From the NCBI GenBank assembly GCA_030019485.1, contig JASEEW010000001.1, forward strand, positions 1 through 36,757: a DNA stretch of 36,757 nucleotides, read 5' to 3'. Shown here in pieces: positions 1-9,712 of this stretch. Origin of the DNA: Thermoplasmatales archaeon. Lineage in GTDB: Archaea; Thermoplasmatota; JASEFT01; JAUWIS01. Position numbers and translations under genes: made by a program. Below the pieces are notes generated by a model that was not told the DNA's origin, did no database searches, and saw nothing but the letters and a program-made list of their open reading frames with translations. How positions within the stretch are numbered: position 1 is the stretch's first letter; the number at the start of each line of letters is the position of its first letter.

Positions 1-1
1 G

Positions 2-787
2 GTAAACAGAATAAATGATGCTATTGCCATAAAATGTGATGAATATGAGAAATGGATTATTCCAGGAGGAGGCATTGATTTTATTCTTTCCATAGAAAAT
101 AATGGAAACAACAATGAAAACGATGAGGTTTCACTCACAGTAGATCCTCTGCCGAAAGGCTGGAATGCAAGTCTGGATAATTACAAACCAAGTATCCTGG
201 GCAAATCCAAAGCAACCGTGACCCTTACTGTGACTGCCCCTTCGAGCGCTAAATTAGATGATTACACAAACATATATGTTTATGCCGTACTTGAAAGAAA
301 CAATACCACCGTCGCATCAAAGGTTTTAAAAGCTGTGGTTTCACTTCCAGACCTCACAGTAAAAAATCTTACATTATCAAAATCTCATCCAAGGATTGGT
401 GAGGACATAACAATAAACGCAACTATCTGGAACATTGGGAGGGTTGATGCGTTTTCATCAACCGGTTTTGAGGCAAGATTCTATGTTGATGACAAACAGG
501 TAAACACAACATACATAAACCAGACAACAATAAAACCTGGTGAAAATATAACTGTATCCGCCGGCTGGAACACAACAGGTTTTGAGTCAGGATGGAGAAC
601 TGTTAAGGTTTCAGTTGGGCCCTATAATGATACACTGAATGAACTTAACAGGGGCAACAACTATGCATCAAAATCCATACTTGTAGGAAAGGAAAAGGCA
701 TGGTGGAAACTGGCTGCAGTTATAGTGGGAATAATAGCATTCATGGCTGCAGTTGCCCTGATACGTAAAATCAGAAGAAGAAGATAA
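2..787 (+). CDS. Cell-surface protein, C-terminal part (5' end outside window): CARDB-like domain, C-terminal TM anchor and RRRR tail
   Basis: Frame 2 is open from base 2, with no stop before the listed M at 218, so the gene enters from upstream. PDLTVKNLTL..GEDITINATIWNIG..ELNRGNN fits the CARDB pattern. WKLAAVIVGIIAFMAAVALIRKIRRRR is a hydrophobic anchor plus basic tail. About ten N-x-S/T sequons. Confidence 0.75.
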   Translation, partial: VNRINDAIAIKCDEYEKWIIPGGGIDFILSIENNGNNNENDEVSLTVDPLPKGWNASLDNYKPSILGKSKATVTLTVTAPSSAKLDDYTNIYVYAVLERNNTTVASKVLKAVVSLPDLTVKNLTLSKSHPRIGEDITINATIWNIGRVDAFSSTGFEARFYVDDKQVNTTYINQTTIKPGENITVSAGWNTTGFESGWRTVKVSVGPYNDTLNELNRGNNYASKSILVGKEKAWWKLAAVIVGIIAFMAAVALIRKIRRRR

Positions 788-863
788 ACTCCGCAACCAA
801 AAGCAAGTCGGTATAGATTTCACGTCGAAATCTATGTTGCGGAGTTTAGTAAACATTTTTTTT
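786..863. terminator. Nested hairpin plus T8 run between convergent genes (possible bidirectional terminator)
   Basis: AAACTCCGCAAC (786-797) pairs with GTTGCGGAGTTT (836-847). This encloses ATAGATTT (813-820) / AAATCTAT (828-835). A T8 run follows at 856-863. Confidence 0.45.
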
Positions 864-1942
864 CAACATTCTATTAATGAGCTCATTTTTTCCATGAATT
901 TTTTTTCATCAAACTTTTTTGCTCTGTTTATGCACTCATCCTTCATTTTCTCCAGCTCATTGATACCGATTTTTTTAATTTTGTTTACAAATGCATCAAC
1001 ATTTGCAGGTAGAAGCCATCCTGTTTTTCCATCCATTATTGTTTCCCTGTACCCCCCTTCATTGGCAGCAAGTGTGATTTTCCCAGAAGCCATTGCCTCA
1101 AGCGGTGTCATTCCAAAATCCTCATCCTGGGCTGTTGTTATATGTCCTTTGCATTCAGCATAAAGTTTTGTTAATTCCTTTTCATCGATTTCGCCAAGAA
1201 GTTCCACATTTTTTGGTATCCTCAGTTTATTAACATATTTCTCTGCCTCATCCCCTTTACCATACCAGCCAACGATTTTGAGTTTTTCATCTGGCAGTTT
1301 TCTGAATATCTCAAGCTGCAGCTCTATCCTTTTATGAGGATACAACCTGTTCACGGAAAGCCAGAAATCACCTATTCTACCAAAATAGTAGTTTGATGTG
1401 GGTATCGATGGATGCACAATTTCAGAATTCTTACAATAAAATTTTCTAACCCTTTCCTGCACATTTTTACTGTTGACAACAATTTTATCCATATACTTCA
1501 TTGAGAGTTTATCGAGTTTGGCATGCCCCCATGTCCAAATCCTAAAAAATATTTTTTTCAATCCTTTTTGATCCTTAATTATATTTTCCCTTAAATCATA
1601 GAATGCTCTTACAGGTGTATGGCAGTAATAAAGATTAGGATGATGATGAAAAGATGCATAATGTGCCCAGTTACCTGAAAAAATAAAAAAATCATATTTG
1701 TCCGAAAAATCACAGGTCAGAAATTTGGATGTTGTGTATACCTGTTTTAAACCAGGGATGGGGGGGTTCTTTCCAATCTCAATAACATTTACATCATCAA
1801 ACCCTGCCTTTCTAATCCTCTCTTTATCTATATCAGTTGATATTACATCTGCTTTAATTCCTTTTGCTAAGGTAAGCATGAGTTTTTCTCCACCCCCAAT
1901 CGCAGTAAAATAATCATGGAATATTGCGATTTTTTTATTCAT
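863..1942 (-). CDS. Glycosyltransferase, GT4 (group 1) family
   Basis: 359-aa ORF. N-terminal IAIFHDYFTAIGGGEK and C-terminal EDFGMTPLEAMASGK (E-x7-E motif) are typical of GT-B group 1 enzymes. Confidence 0.85.
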   Translation of the reverse strand: MNKKIAIFHDYFTAIGGGEKLMLTLAKGIKADVISTDIDKERIRKAGFDDVNVIEIGKNPPIPGLKQVYTTSKFLTCDFSDKYDFFIFSGNWAHYASFHHHPNLYYCHTPVRAFYDLRENIIKDQKGLKKIFFRIWTWGHAKLDKLSMKYMDKIVVNSKNVQERVRKFYCKNSEIVHPSIPTSNYYFGRIGDFWLSVNRLYPHKRIELQLEIFRKLPDEKLKIVGWYGKGDEAEKYVNKLRIPKNVELLGEIDEKELTKLYAECKGHITTAQDEDFGMTPLEAMASGKITLAANEGGYRETIMDGKTGWLLPANVDAFVNKIKKIGINELEKMKDECINRAKKFDEKKFMEKMSSLIEC

Positions 1943-2018
1943 GCATGAATAGATATTCTTTTAAGTATAAAAATTAAACTGGAAAAACTAATTATTCACA
2001 ACTTCTTAACATTTAAGG

Positions 2019-3152
2019 ATGAAAATACTTTATTTAGCACCGTGTCAACCATTTCCAGCACCTCATGCGGGTTTCACTCATACATACAATATGACAAAAA
2101 ACCTACAAGCATTGGGTCATGACATCCATGTTGTTGCCAGATATACAAAAAAAACCGATATAGGATGCTGCATAGAATATGATAACCTACCGGTATATTA
2201 TGTAGATTGGTCCATACATAGTTTACCTAAATTCATAAACTCATTTGTTCATACTTTGAAAGTTATTGATGATGTGGACATAATCCATGAGCGGTTTGAG
2301 GTGCCAGGCGGTGCTGGAATTATATATAGCAAAATGTTTAATATACCAAGTATCTTAGAGGTAAACGATCCTTTTCTTGATAAACAACCTACCAAAAATT
2401 TACCTCAGAAAATTAGGGGTTTCATGATGGGGGGGAACAGGTCATGGCAACTGAGATCCTTCTCAGGGATTGTTACCCAAACGAGGATATTAAAAAACAT
2501 AATTTCAAAAGAAACAAACGTGCCTATAGAGATTGTTCCTAATGGTGTAAACCCTTCATTTTTTAATCCTGATGTAAAATCAGTATATACCTCTGATAAA
2601 AAGGTTATAGGATTTGTTGGGGCGTTCGAAAAATGGCATGGGGTAAATGATTTAATAGATGCTTTTAAAATAGTCAGGAAAAAAGAAAATGTAAAACTGT
2701 TGCTTATAGGTGGTGAAAGAAAAAAAATAATTGGGGATATCGTTTTCACAGGCCCTATTCCATACAAAGAGATGCCAGGATATCTAGCTTCTTGTAATAT
2801 CTTAGTTGCGCCATTTAATCCTATGTCAGATGAGAAAAAAAAGGAGATATTCCAAAAATACGGTATGTGGTGGAGCCCACTGAAAATATTTGAGTACATG
2901 GCTGTGGGTAAACCTGTTGTTACATCAAATGTGGGTGTTATACCAGAGTATGTTGAAGATGCAGGTTTGATATACAAAGCAGGGGATATAAAGGATTTAG
3001 CGAGCAAAATTCTTCTATTGCTTGATGATGATAAGTTAGCGGAAAGGTTAGGCAGATGTAGTAGGGAAAAGGTGGTAGAGAGTTATACTTGGGAAAGCCA
3101 GGCAAAGAAAATGATTGAATTTTACAAGAAAACATTAAACATGTTTAAATAA
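2019..3152 (+). CDS. Glycosyltransferase, GT4 (group 1) family
   Basis: 377-aa ORF. It has GT-B architecture with a C-terminal PLKIFEYMAVGKPVVTSNVGVIPE nucleotide-sugar binding region. Divergent from the 863-1942 GT. Confidence 0.8.
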   Translation: MKILYLAPCQPFPAPHAGFTHTYNMTKNLQALGHDIHVVARYTKKTDIGCCIEYDNLPVYYVDWSIHSLPKFINSFVHTLKVIDDVDIIHERFEVPGGAGIIYSKMFNIPSILEVNDPFLDKQPTKNLPQKIRGFMMGGNRSWQLRSFSGIVTQTRILKNIISKETNVPIEIVPNGVNPSFFNPDVKSVYTSDKKVIGFVGAFEKWHGVNDLIDAFKIVRKKENVKLLLIGGERKKIIGDIVFTGPIPYKEMPGYLASCNILVAPFNPMSDEKKKEIFQKYGMWWSPLKIFEYMAVGKPVVTSNVGVIPEYVEDAGLIYKAGDIKDLASKILLLLDDDKLAERLGRCSREKVVESYTWESQAKKMIEFYKKTLNMFK

Positions 3153-3801
3153 GCCTTCTTGCTTTGATAACTATCCCCATTGATCTATAAATTTTCAAAA
3201 ATTTTATGTCAAAAACACCTGCTTTTTTAATAACCCTAAGTTTGTTTTTCTCGAGAAGTTTTTCTAAATCCTTAAATGTAAAGTAATGTAGGTGCCCGCC
3301 GTCATATGCTTCTTCGTCATCTGAGGTTTTAGGAAATCTCCCTGCAATTATAGAGATGACGTGTTTCCAATACTGGATATTTGGTGATGAGATAATAAGT
3401 ATCCCACCTTTTTTTATAACCCTACTGAGTTCAGCGGTAAACTTTCTTGGGTCAAAAATGTGCTCTATCACATCGAGACAAATAACAGCATCAAAACAAT
3501 TGTCTTTAAAAGGCAACCCCAGATTGAGATTAGCTTTGACCGCTCTTATCGAAAGTTCTTGTGCTCGTCGAAGTGCTTCCCTCGACAAATCAACACCATA
3601 AATTTCTTTGTATCTATCTTTAACCAATGTAGCAAAACTACCGTTTCCGCATCCGATATCTAATAACCTATCACCTGAACCAACCAACTTCGATGCAATA
3701 TCCATCCTAGAGCCTGTCTCTACTTTTCTACTCTCTTTTAATTTTCTAGCCCATATCTCGTCGTATATCTTTGTTATTTTTACAGTTAGCACAACACTCA
3801 C
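3145..3801 (-). CDS. Class I SAM-dependent methyltransferase
   Basis: 218 aa. Motif I is LLDIGCGNGSF, with an acidic residue at the end of beta-2 (YGVDLS) and the post-I/II motifs DAVICLDVIEHI. The 3' end overlaps the convergent GT by 8 bp. Confidence 0.8.
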   Translation of the reverse strand: MSVVLTVKITKIYDEIWARKLKESRKVETGSRMDIASKLVGSGDRLLDIGCGNGSFATLVKDRYKEIYGVDLSREALRRAQELSIRAVKANLNLGLPFKDNCFDAVICLDVIEHIFDPRKFTAELSRVIKKGGILIISSPNIQYWKHVISIIAGRFPKTSDDEEAYDGGHLHYFTFKDLEKLLEKNKLRVIKKAGVFDIKFLKIYRSMGIVIKARRLI

Positions 3802-3829
3802 CTTTCTATAAGAGTTTTATTTCATCCAA

Positions 3830-4549
3830 TCATACACCCAGCATTTTTCCGATTTTATTATAAATTTGCCACAGCTTTCTATGCTTATCCACGTTCAACA
3901 CATCTTTTATGTTAATCCCTTTACTCCCCACCCATAAACCACCAACGTCTTTACAATAGTCCTTAAACAAAACGTGATATTTATATAATCCAAACGGTTC
4001 ATGGTAATAATTTCTATTTGCATCGTGAAGGATTACCACGCCTTCATTTTTAACAAGCTTATAAGCCTTAATTAGACAGTCCTTCCTCGCTCTACCATCA
4101 ACTAAGATAAAATCAAAATTTCCAAACTTACTTGGGAATTCTACATAATCTGTTAAATCAGGATATGCACCATCTCCATACTTATCTGTCCATGGAAAAT
4201 GATTTGGGGGTATATGAAATATTTCAACATTCGAATTTTGATTTATATTTTCAATTTTTTTAGACCAGTCTTTTTCATGTTCTATAGAAATCCACTTCGA
4301 ATTTTCGCTCACAAAAATTGGAAAATATATTGTACCATAACCTGTCCCCCACTCCAAACACTTCTGAGGTTGTAAATGTTTTAATATCTCTTTAATAATT
4401 TCAATTTCTCTATATTTCATCCAAGGCTTGATTATTATCTTATTGAAAACTTTGCCTAATATTTTATCTCTATATTCTCTATAAATTTGTGAAAAGAATA
4501 TTGTAATAGCAGGTATGTTGTCTTTCATGCTTCTTTCATGTTGAACCAT
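3830..4549 (-). CDS. Putative Rossmann/methyltransferase-fold protein in the glycan cluster
   Basis: 239 aa. CLEWGTGYGTIYF (a G-x-G-x-G-like motif) and FDFILVDGRARKDC resemble class I methyltransferase-fold sugar-modifying proteins. The family assignment is not secure. Confidence 0.45.
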   Translation of the reverse strand: MVQHERSMKDNIPAITIFFSQIYREYRDKILGKVFNKIIIKPWMKYREIEIIKEILKHLQPQKCLEWGTGYGTIYFPIFVSENSKWISIEHEKDWSKKIENINQNSNVEIFHIPPNHFPWTDKYGDGAYPDLTDYVEFPSKFGNFDFILVDGRARKDCLIKAYKLVKNEGVVILHDANRNYYHEPFGLYKYHVLFKDYCKDVGGLWVGSKGINIKDVLNVDKHRKLWQIYNKIGKMLGV

Positions 4550-4570
4550 ATTGACCCCTATCTCAATTTA

Positions 4571-4756
4571 TCATGCACGCCGAGCCGATTGTGCATAACG
4601 CCCCCCCCAGCTATCTAATAACCTATCACCTAGATCAACTAACTTTGATGCAATATCCATCCTAGACCCTTTTTCTACTTTTCTAATTTCTTTAGATTTT
4701 CTAGCCCATATCTCATCATATATTTCTGTTATTTTTCCAGTTAACATATCTGTCAC
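4571..4756 (-). pseudogene. Truncated duplicate of the 5' end of the 3145-3801 methyltransferase gene
   Basis: The first ~48 codons (MTDMLTGKITEIYDEIWARK..GSRMDIASKLV..GDRLLD) parallel MSVVLTVKITKIYDEIWARK..GSRMDIASKLV..GDRLLD. Nt 4612-4756 align without gaps to 3657-3801, with roughly 22 mismatches in ~145 nt by hand count. Homology stops before the SAM motif and the ORF runs into unrelated GC-rich sequence. Confidence 0.7.
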
Positions 4757-5976
4757 TTTATATCTATAAGGGATTTATACACATTTATAGTTTCATCAAC
4801 CATTTTTTCTACGCTGAACTTTTCTAAAATTTTTCTTCTCGCATTTTTCTTAATTTTGTTTGAAATTTCTTTTTCCATTAAAACTTTCATAACAGATTCA
4901 GTTAAAGCCTTTGTATCACCCGCAGGCACAAGAATCCCATCTTTCCAGTTTTCAATCACATCTGGAATCCCACCAATGTTTGAGGCAATAACTGTTTTTC
5001 CAGATGCCATAGCTTCTAAAACAACCAATGGTAATCCTTCAACCCTGATGCTGGGTGCAACAAATACGTCAGATGCAGAATAATATTTTGGTAAATCGTT
5101 ATCTAAAACCTCACCAGTGAATATTACGTTTCCATCTATACCCAAATTTTTTACTTGCACCTTTAAGCTGTCCATGTATGGCCCAACACCAACGATTAAC
5201 AACACCGCGTTTGCCCCTCTCAGAATTTTTGGAAGGGAATAAATAACATTTTGAAATCCTTTTTCTCTTTCAACCCTACCTACACATAAAATCATTTTTT
5301 TTGTATTTACACCATACTTCATTCTAACATCATCCCCATCCATACTTGGACTGAATTTATTTGTGTCAATCCCATTCAGAATGGGAAAAACCTTTCTACT
5401 ATCTATAGGATAGTAGTTTTTTAAATGAGGAATTAGTTTTTGACTTACTGTGATTATTGCATCAGAACTAGGAAGGTAAGCTCTTTCCCATATTATATAT
5501 TTGTATAAATCCTTAAAAATATCTAGCAATGATAACCCAGAATTTATGGGATGACGAAATGAGAACTGGAGAGTTTTGGTTTTTGCCTCATTAAGAAATG
5601 TGCCATGCAATGTTGCAACAAATGGAAGATTATATTTTTTATTCAATCCTTTTTTTATAAGATAATATCCACCCGCACTTTGACTATGGACTATATCAAA
5701 CCTTTCTTGTTTATGCAGTGTTTCAAATTTTTTAACACTTTCAAACCACCATTTCTTTGAATATATTCTTGGTTTTGTGTGCTTTAGATAATAAATATCT
5801 ACACCCTCTATGTTCTCCCGCTCATCCCCTTTAGGATGCCCTGTAGTGATAACACTTACATTATGTCCCTTTTTTACAATGCCTTTACAGAGAAGTAAGG
5901 TATGTCCTTCCATGCCACCAGTACCATGTGCAGGTATTGCGCGTGTAAGTATGCAAATATTGTATTTTCGTGCCAT
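4753..5976 (-). CDS. Glycosyltransferase, GT4 (group 1) family
   Basis: RVEGLPLVVLEAMASGKTVIASNIGGIPDVI and N-terminal ICILTRAIPAHGTGGMEGH. I prefer the start at M32 (ATG at 5976, MARKYNICILT). The upstream 31 codons of the listed ORF look like a non-coding extension. Confidence 0.85.
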   Translation of the reverse strand: MARKYNICILTRAIPAHGTGGMEGHTLLLCKGIVKKGHNVSVITTGHPKGDERENIEGVDIYYLKHTKPRIYSKKWWFESVKKFETLHKQERFDIVHSQSAGGYYLIKKGLNKKYNLPFVATLHGTFLNEAKTKTLQFSFRHPINSGLSLLDIFKDLYKYIIWERAYLPSSDAIITVSQKLIPHLKNYYPIDSRKVFPILNGIDTNKFSPSMDGDDVRMKYGVNTKKMILCVGRVEREKGFQNVIYSLPKILRGANAVLLIVGVGPYMDSLKVQVKNLGIDGNVIFTGEVLDNDLPKYYSASDVFVAPSIRVEGLPLVVLEAMASGKTVIASNIGGIPDVIENWKDGILVPAGDTKALTESVMKVLMEKEISNKIKKNARRKILEKFSVEKMVDETINVYKSLIDIK

Positions 5977-6088
5977 TCTAAGAAAAGATAATATATTAAG
6001 CGTTATTAATGTTTTACTTATTGTTGTTGTATTACACAGCACTATGAAACGAAAGGCTTTATAGGCCAAAATTAGATATAGAATACTG

Positions 6089-6448
6089 ATGAAGAGTAGA
6101 ATGGAAAAAAAAGAGCCTTGGGGTAAATGGGAAAATTTGTTGGTGTATCATCAAGGAATGGGGTACAAGGTTAAGAGAATAACTGTCAGTCTTAAAGAAT
6201 GTTTAAGTCTTCAATATCATCAGCATAGGGATGAATTCTGGGTTGTTGTTTCAGGAACGGGAAAGATTACTTTGGGCAAGGATGTTTTTTTCTTGCAAAG
6301 AGGTAAAAGTGTATTTATACCAAAAACCGTTCCGCATAGGGTTGAAAATCCTGGTGGGATCCCATTGACTATAATAGAAGTGCAAATAGGTGAGCTGTTA
6401 GAAGAGGATGACATTGTGCGGATAGAGGATAAATATGGCAGGGCATGA
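6089..6448 (+). CDS. Cupin-type mannose-6-phosphate isomerase-like protein (type II PMI cupin domain only)
   Basis: 119 aa. PWGKWENL..GYKVKRITV..LSLQYHQHRDEFWVVVSGTG..IPKTVPHRVENPG..IEVQIGELLEEDDIVRIEDKYGR matches the conserved C-terminal cupin of ManC/type II PMI. Confidence 0.7.
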   Translation: MKSRMEKKEPWGKWENLLVYHQGMGYKVKRITVSLKECLSLQYHQHRDEFWVVVSGTGKITLGKDVFFLQRGKSVFIPKTVPHRVENPGGIPLTIIEVQIGELLEEDDIVRIEDKYGRA

Positions 6449-6469
6449 TGTTTTACATGGAAAAATAAA

Positions 6470-7525
6470 CTATTTGAATACCCAAAACTTACTACCAACA
6501 AAGTTGTTTAGTGTAGCAACACCAATAGCAACCAGTTGTGCAAGGACATACCACATATTTCCATACTGAACTAGGATATACAAAACCCCTAAATTGATTA
6601 GCAAGCCGATAATACATACAATAAAAAATTTAGAATACTGTCCTGCAACCTTTATGCCTTTACTTTTTTCCTTAAAAGTCCAAATCTTGTTTAAAACAAA
6701 ATTGCTTGATACAGCAACAACAAATGCAACAACAGCGGCAAACATGTACCAGAGATATAAAAATTCAACTAAACTGTACAGTACACAGATATTGACAAGT
6801 ACACCTATACCCCCTACAATGCAGAATTTAAAGAATTGATGAAAAATAGATTTTTTATAAGAATATAACATGAGCAGATGCAAAAGATAATTTTTATATT
6901 CTTTAAAGTTCAACTTGCTTTTTCCATGCTTTCTATCTCTAAAAGTATAGGGAAGTTCTATTACGTTCCGGTAACGGCCTTTTACAAGAATTTCTAGACC
7001 GATTTTGTACCCTTTTGGGTTCAGGTTCACATGGTTTATTATCTCTTTTTTTAAAAAGAAAAAACCAGACATTGGATCATCTATTCTTGTCAGTGGTTTT
7101 GCTAAGAAGGTTGCACCCTTTGACACAATCTTTCTTTTCACTGACCAATTTTCAATATTCCCCCCTTTAGCATATCTGCTTCCAATAACAAAATCTGCCT
7201 TTCCATCAATTATTGGTTTTAACATTACCTGTATCGCATCTGGCGGATGACTTAAATCTGCATCCATAACACCAAAAATGTCACCTTTCGCTATTTTGAA
7301 GCCATCAAGCACAGCGGAAGAAAGACCTGTTTTATTTTTTCTAATTAACACATGAAGATTATATTTTTCCTTTAATTTTTCTGCAACCTGCCCTGTACCA
7401 TCTGGGGAATTGTCATCTACAACAACAACCTCGGTTTCTATATTACGACAGGCATCAAATATTTTTTCTATCAACTTTTCTATATTTTCCTTTTCATTAT
7501 ATGTTGGAATCACTATTGATATCAT
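6470..7525 (-). CDS. Dolichyl/polyprenyl-phosphate mannose (hexose) synthase, GT2, fused to a C-terminal GtrA-like membrane domain
   Basis: The N-terminus ISIVIPTYNEKENI..VVVVDDNSPDGT..MDADLSHPP is the Dpm1-type GT2 signature. The C-terminal ~120 aa has four hydrophobic spans (FFKFCIVGGIGVLVN..) typical of GtrA. Confidence 0.85.
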   Translation of the reverse strand: MISIVIPTYNEKENIEKLIEKIFDACRNIETEVVVVDDNSPDGTGQVAEKLKEKYNLHVLIRKNKTGLSSAVLDGFKIAKGDIFGVMDADLSHPPDAIQVMLKPIIDGKADFVIGSRYAKGGNIENWSVKRKIVSKGATFLAKPLTRIDDPMSGFFFLKKEIINHVNLNPKGYKIGLEILVKGRYRNVIELPYTFRDRKHGKSKLNFKEYKNYLLHLLMLYSYKKSIFHQFFKFCIVGGIGVLVNICVLYSLVEFLYLWYMFAAVVAFVVAVSSNFVLNKIWTFKEKSKGIKVAGQYSKFFIVCIIGLLINLGVLYILVQYGNMWYVLAQLVAIGVATLNNFVGSKFWVFK

Positions 7526-7534
7526 TTAAACCAT

Positions 7535-8575
7535 CTATCCTTTAATAGATTTTCTTCTATTAATGTTTCTCTTAATTTTAGATATTAAGAGTCCGACACC
7601 AATGGGAAAAGGAAACAGAACAGATAAAAACCTATGAAAATCATAAACACATTTCAAACAGGAGTAAAAAGAAATAAAAACAACCATGTATATTGCAAGG
7701 TCCGTGTATCTTTTTTTAAATAGATACCACGATATGTATAAATAAACACCTATCATAGCAATCCAAACAAACTCAAAGTAGAGATGCTGATAAAAGATTT
7801 CATTAAAAAAACCAAAAAAAGGGAAAGTAAGCCCTTGTTTCCATCCTTTCTGCGCCTGTAGGTAAATGAAGAAATCGCCAGATATTAGATAGTAGTAACT
7901 AAAAACTATGACAAGCCCCATAGGGATCAAGAATAAACACACAATTTTCTTAACCCTGAATTTTATGTTTTTTAACAATCGAACAAAAACAGGGGATACA
8001 TTATAAATTGGAAATGAGGGAAGTACAAGTAACAGAAAATATATGGGACAAAGTAAAACGCCAACCGTTTTTGTCATGGTTGCCATAACTCCAAAAATTG
8101 AGGAAAATAATATTTTGTCTTTTTTGAAATAATAGAACGATACCAGTAATAACAAAATAAACAAAGGCTCAGCCATGCATGCAAAAGCGTATGCTATGAG
8201 GATTGGTTGAGCTGGTAGAAAGATGGATGCAATAAGTTTTTTATTGGTTATATTATATAAATATAGCAACCTGTAGAAAACATAATTAGAAAGTATTAAT
8301 AAGAGAACATTCATTGTTAGAGTGGTTAACTCATACTCCCCTGTGACTGAGGCTAAAGCCTTTATGACAAGGGGATACAGTGGTAGAAAACCAAATGTTG
8401 TATTACTGTATCCATTTTTTGCAATGTCAATGTAGTGTTTTCCATCATATCTTGAGATGAGGTGATGGATAATATTCGTGAAATATGCCCCACCCACCAT
8501 ACATAATACACTACACGTAACCACACAAATAACCAATATCGAAAGAATGCGGATATTAACTTGTATGTTTTTCAT
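7535..8575 (-). CDS. Polytopic membrane protein, putative GT-C-type (PIG-V-like) glycosyl/mannosyltransferase
   Basis: 346 aa, with roughly ten hydrophobic spans by eye. The first extracytoplasmic loop, DGKHYIDIAKNGYS, resembles the D..Y..IA..GY loop I recall in PIG-V/GT-C mannosyltransferases. It lies 9 bp upstream of the Dol-P-Man synthase. Confidence 0.5.
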   Translation of the reverse strand: MKNIQVNIRILSILVICVVTCSVLCMVGGAYFTNIIHHLISRYDGKHYIDIAKNGYSNTTFGFLPLYPLVIKALASVTGEYELTTLTMNVLLLILSNYVFYRLLYLYNITNKKLIASIFLPAQPILIAYAFACMAEPLFILLLLVSFYYFKKDKILFSSIFGVMATMTKTVGVLLCPIYFLLLVLPSFPIYNVSPVFVRLLKNIKFRVKKIVCLFLIPMGLVIVFSYYYLISGDFFIYLQAQKGWKQGLTFPFFGFFNEIFYQHLYFEFVWIAMIGVYLYISWYLFKKRYTDLAIYMVVFISFYSCLKCVYDFHRFLSVLFPFPIGVGLLISKIKRNINRRKSIKG

Positions 8576-8770
8576 TGGAGCTACATGAAGGTGAAACCTA
8601 TAAAAACGTTCCTTTTCACATACTATTCATTGAAATAATCTATAAACCATTATATTTATCTTATTTAGGGATGCTGATGAGAAATAACATAAAAAAGAAA
8701 CTCTGTGGGGATGTGAGAGAATTTGTTAGAGCAGATCCATTGACTATTCTGGAGCAGTTAAAAAAAATTC

Positions 8771-9637
8771 TTAATCCTGATGTATTCCTATTTGTTTTTT
8801 CAAATAAGTTATCAGTTCATTTCTCAAATCATTTCTTTCCAATGATAATGCAATGTTTGCCTTTACCCAATCAATCTTTGTTCCAATATCATATCTTTTC
8901 CCTTTGAACTCATACGCATAAACATCATGATTTTTTCTTAGAAGATTTAAGGCATCTGTCAATTGTATTTCGTTGTTTATTCCGGGTTTTGTTTTTTTGA
9001 TGCAATCAAAAATATTTGGTGTTAGAACATATCTTCCAAGCATTGCAAGATTTGATGGGGCCTTCCCAGGCAATGGCTTTTCTACCAGACTCTCTATGAA
9101 ATAAACATTGTCATCAATTTTTTTTCCCTTAATCACACCATATTTACACAGTTTTTCTTTAGATATTTTCTCGATGCATACAACAGATTTTTTGTATTTA
9201 TTGAAAACATCAATAAGCTGCTTTGTGCACGCTGTTTTATCTGTAGTTATGTCATCACCAAGCAGGACTGCAAAAGGTTCATTTCCAACAAATTCTTTAG
9301 CACAAAGAATCGCATCACCTAATCCTTTCTGCTCCTTCTGCCTGATGAAATGGACATGTGCCATGTTTGATATTTCCTGAACCTTTTTTAATTCATCAGT
9401 TTTCCCGGCTCTTTTAAGAAGGTGTTCTAGTTCAAATGATTTGTCAAAATGGTCCTCAATAGCCCTCTTACCTCTACCGGTGATTATAATTATATCTTTT
9501 ATACCCGAGAACACTGCCTCCTCAACAACATACTGTATCGCAGGTTTGTCTACCAATGGGAGCATTTCCTTTGGTTGAGCCTTTGTTGCTGGTAGAAATC
9601 TTGTTCCCAAACCAGCTGCTGGTATTACTGCCTTCAT
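8771..9637 (-). CDS. galU: UTP--glucose-1-phosphate uridylyltransferase
   Basis: MKAVIPAAGLGTRFLPATKAQPKEMLPLVDKP..GLGDAIL..VLLGDD is the canonical GalU signature. ATG at 9637; the listed first M at 9640 is a TTG. Confidence 0.9.
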   Translation of the reverse strand: MKAVIPAAGLGTRFLPATKAQPKEMLPLVDKPAIQYVVEEAVFSGIKDIIIITGRGKRAIEDHFDKSFELEHLLKRAGKTDELKKVQEISNMAHVHFIRQKEQKGLGDAILCAKEFVGNEPFAVLLGDDITTDKTACTKQLIDVFNKYKKSVVCIEKISKEKLCKYGVIKGKKIDDNVYFIESLVEKPLPGKAPSNLAMLGRYVLTPNIFDCIKKTKPGINNEIQLTDALNLLRKNHDVYAYEFKGKRYDIGTKIDWVKANIALSLERNDLRNELITYLKKQIGIHQD

Positions 9638-9712
9638 CAATGTATTATATAGGTTTTTGGGGTTTTAATTGTTATGTAAAGATTTTTAATCATTGAAAAA
9701 GATAACGTTACC

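Noticed and set aside
8575-8907. 110-aa plus-strand ORF between the membrane GT gene and galU.
   Set aside because: Its 3' half is antisense to the galU coding end. It has no motif and no ribosome-binding site. The region is more likely a promoter or terminator spacer.
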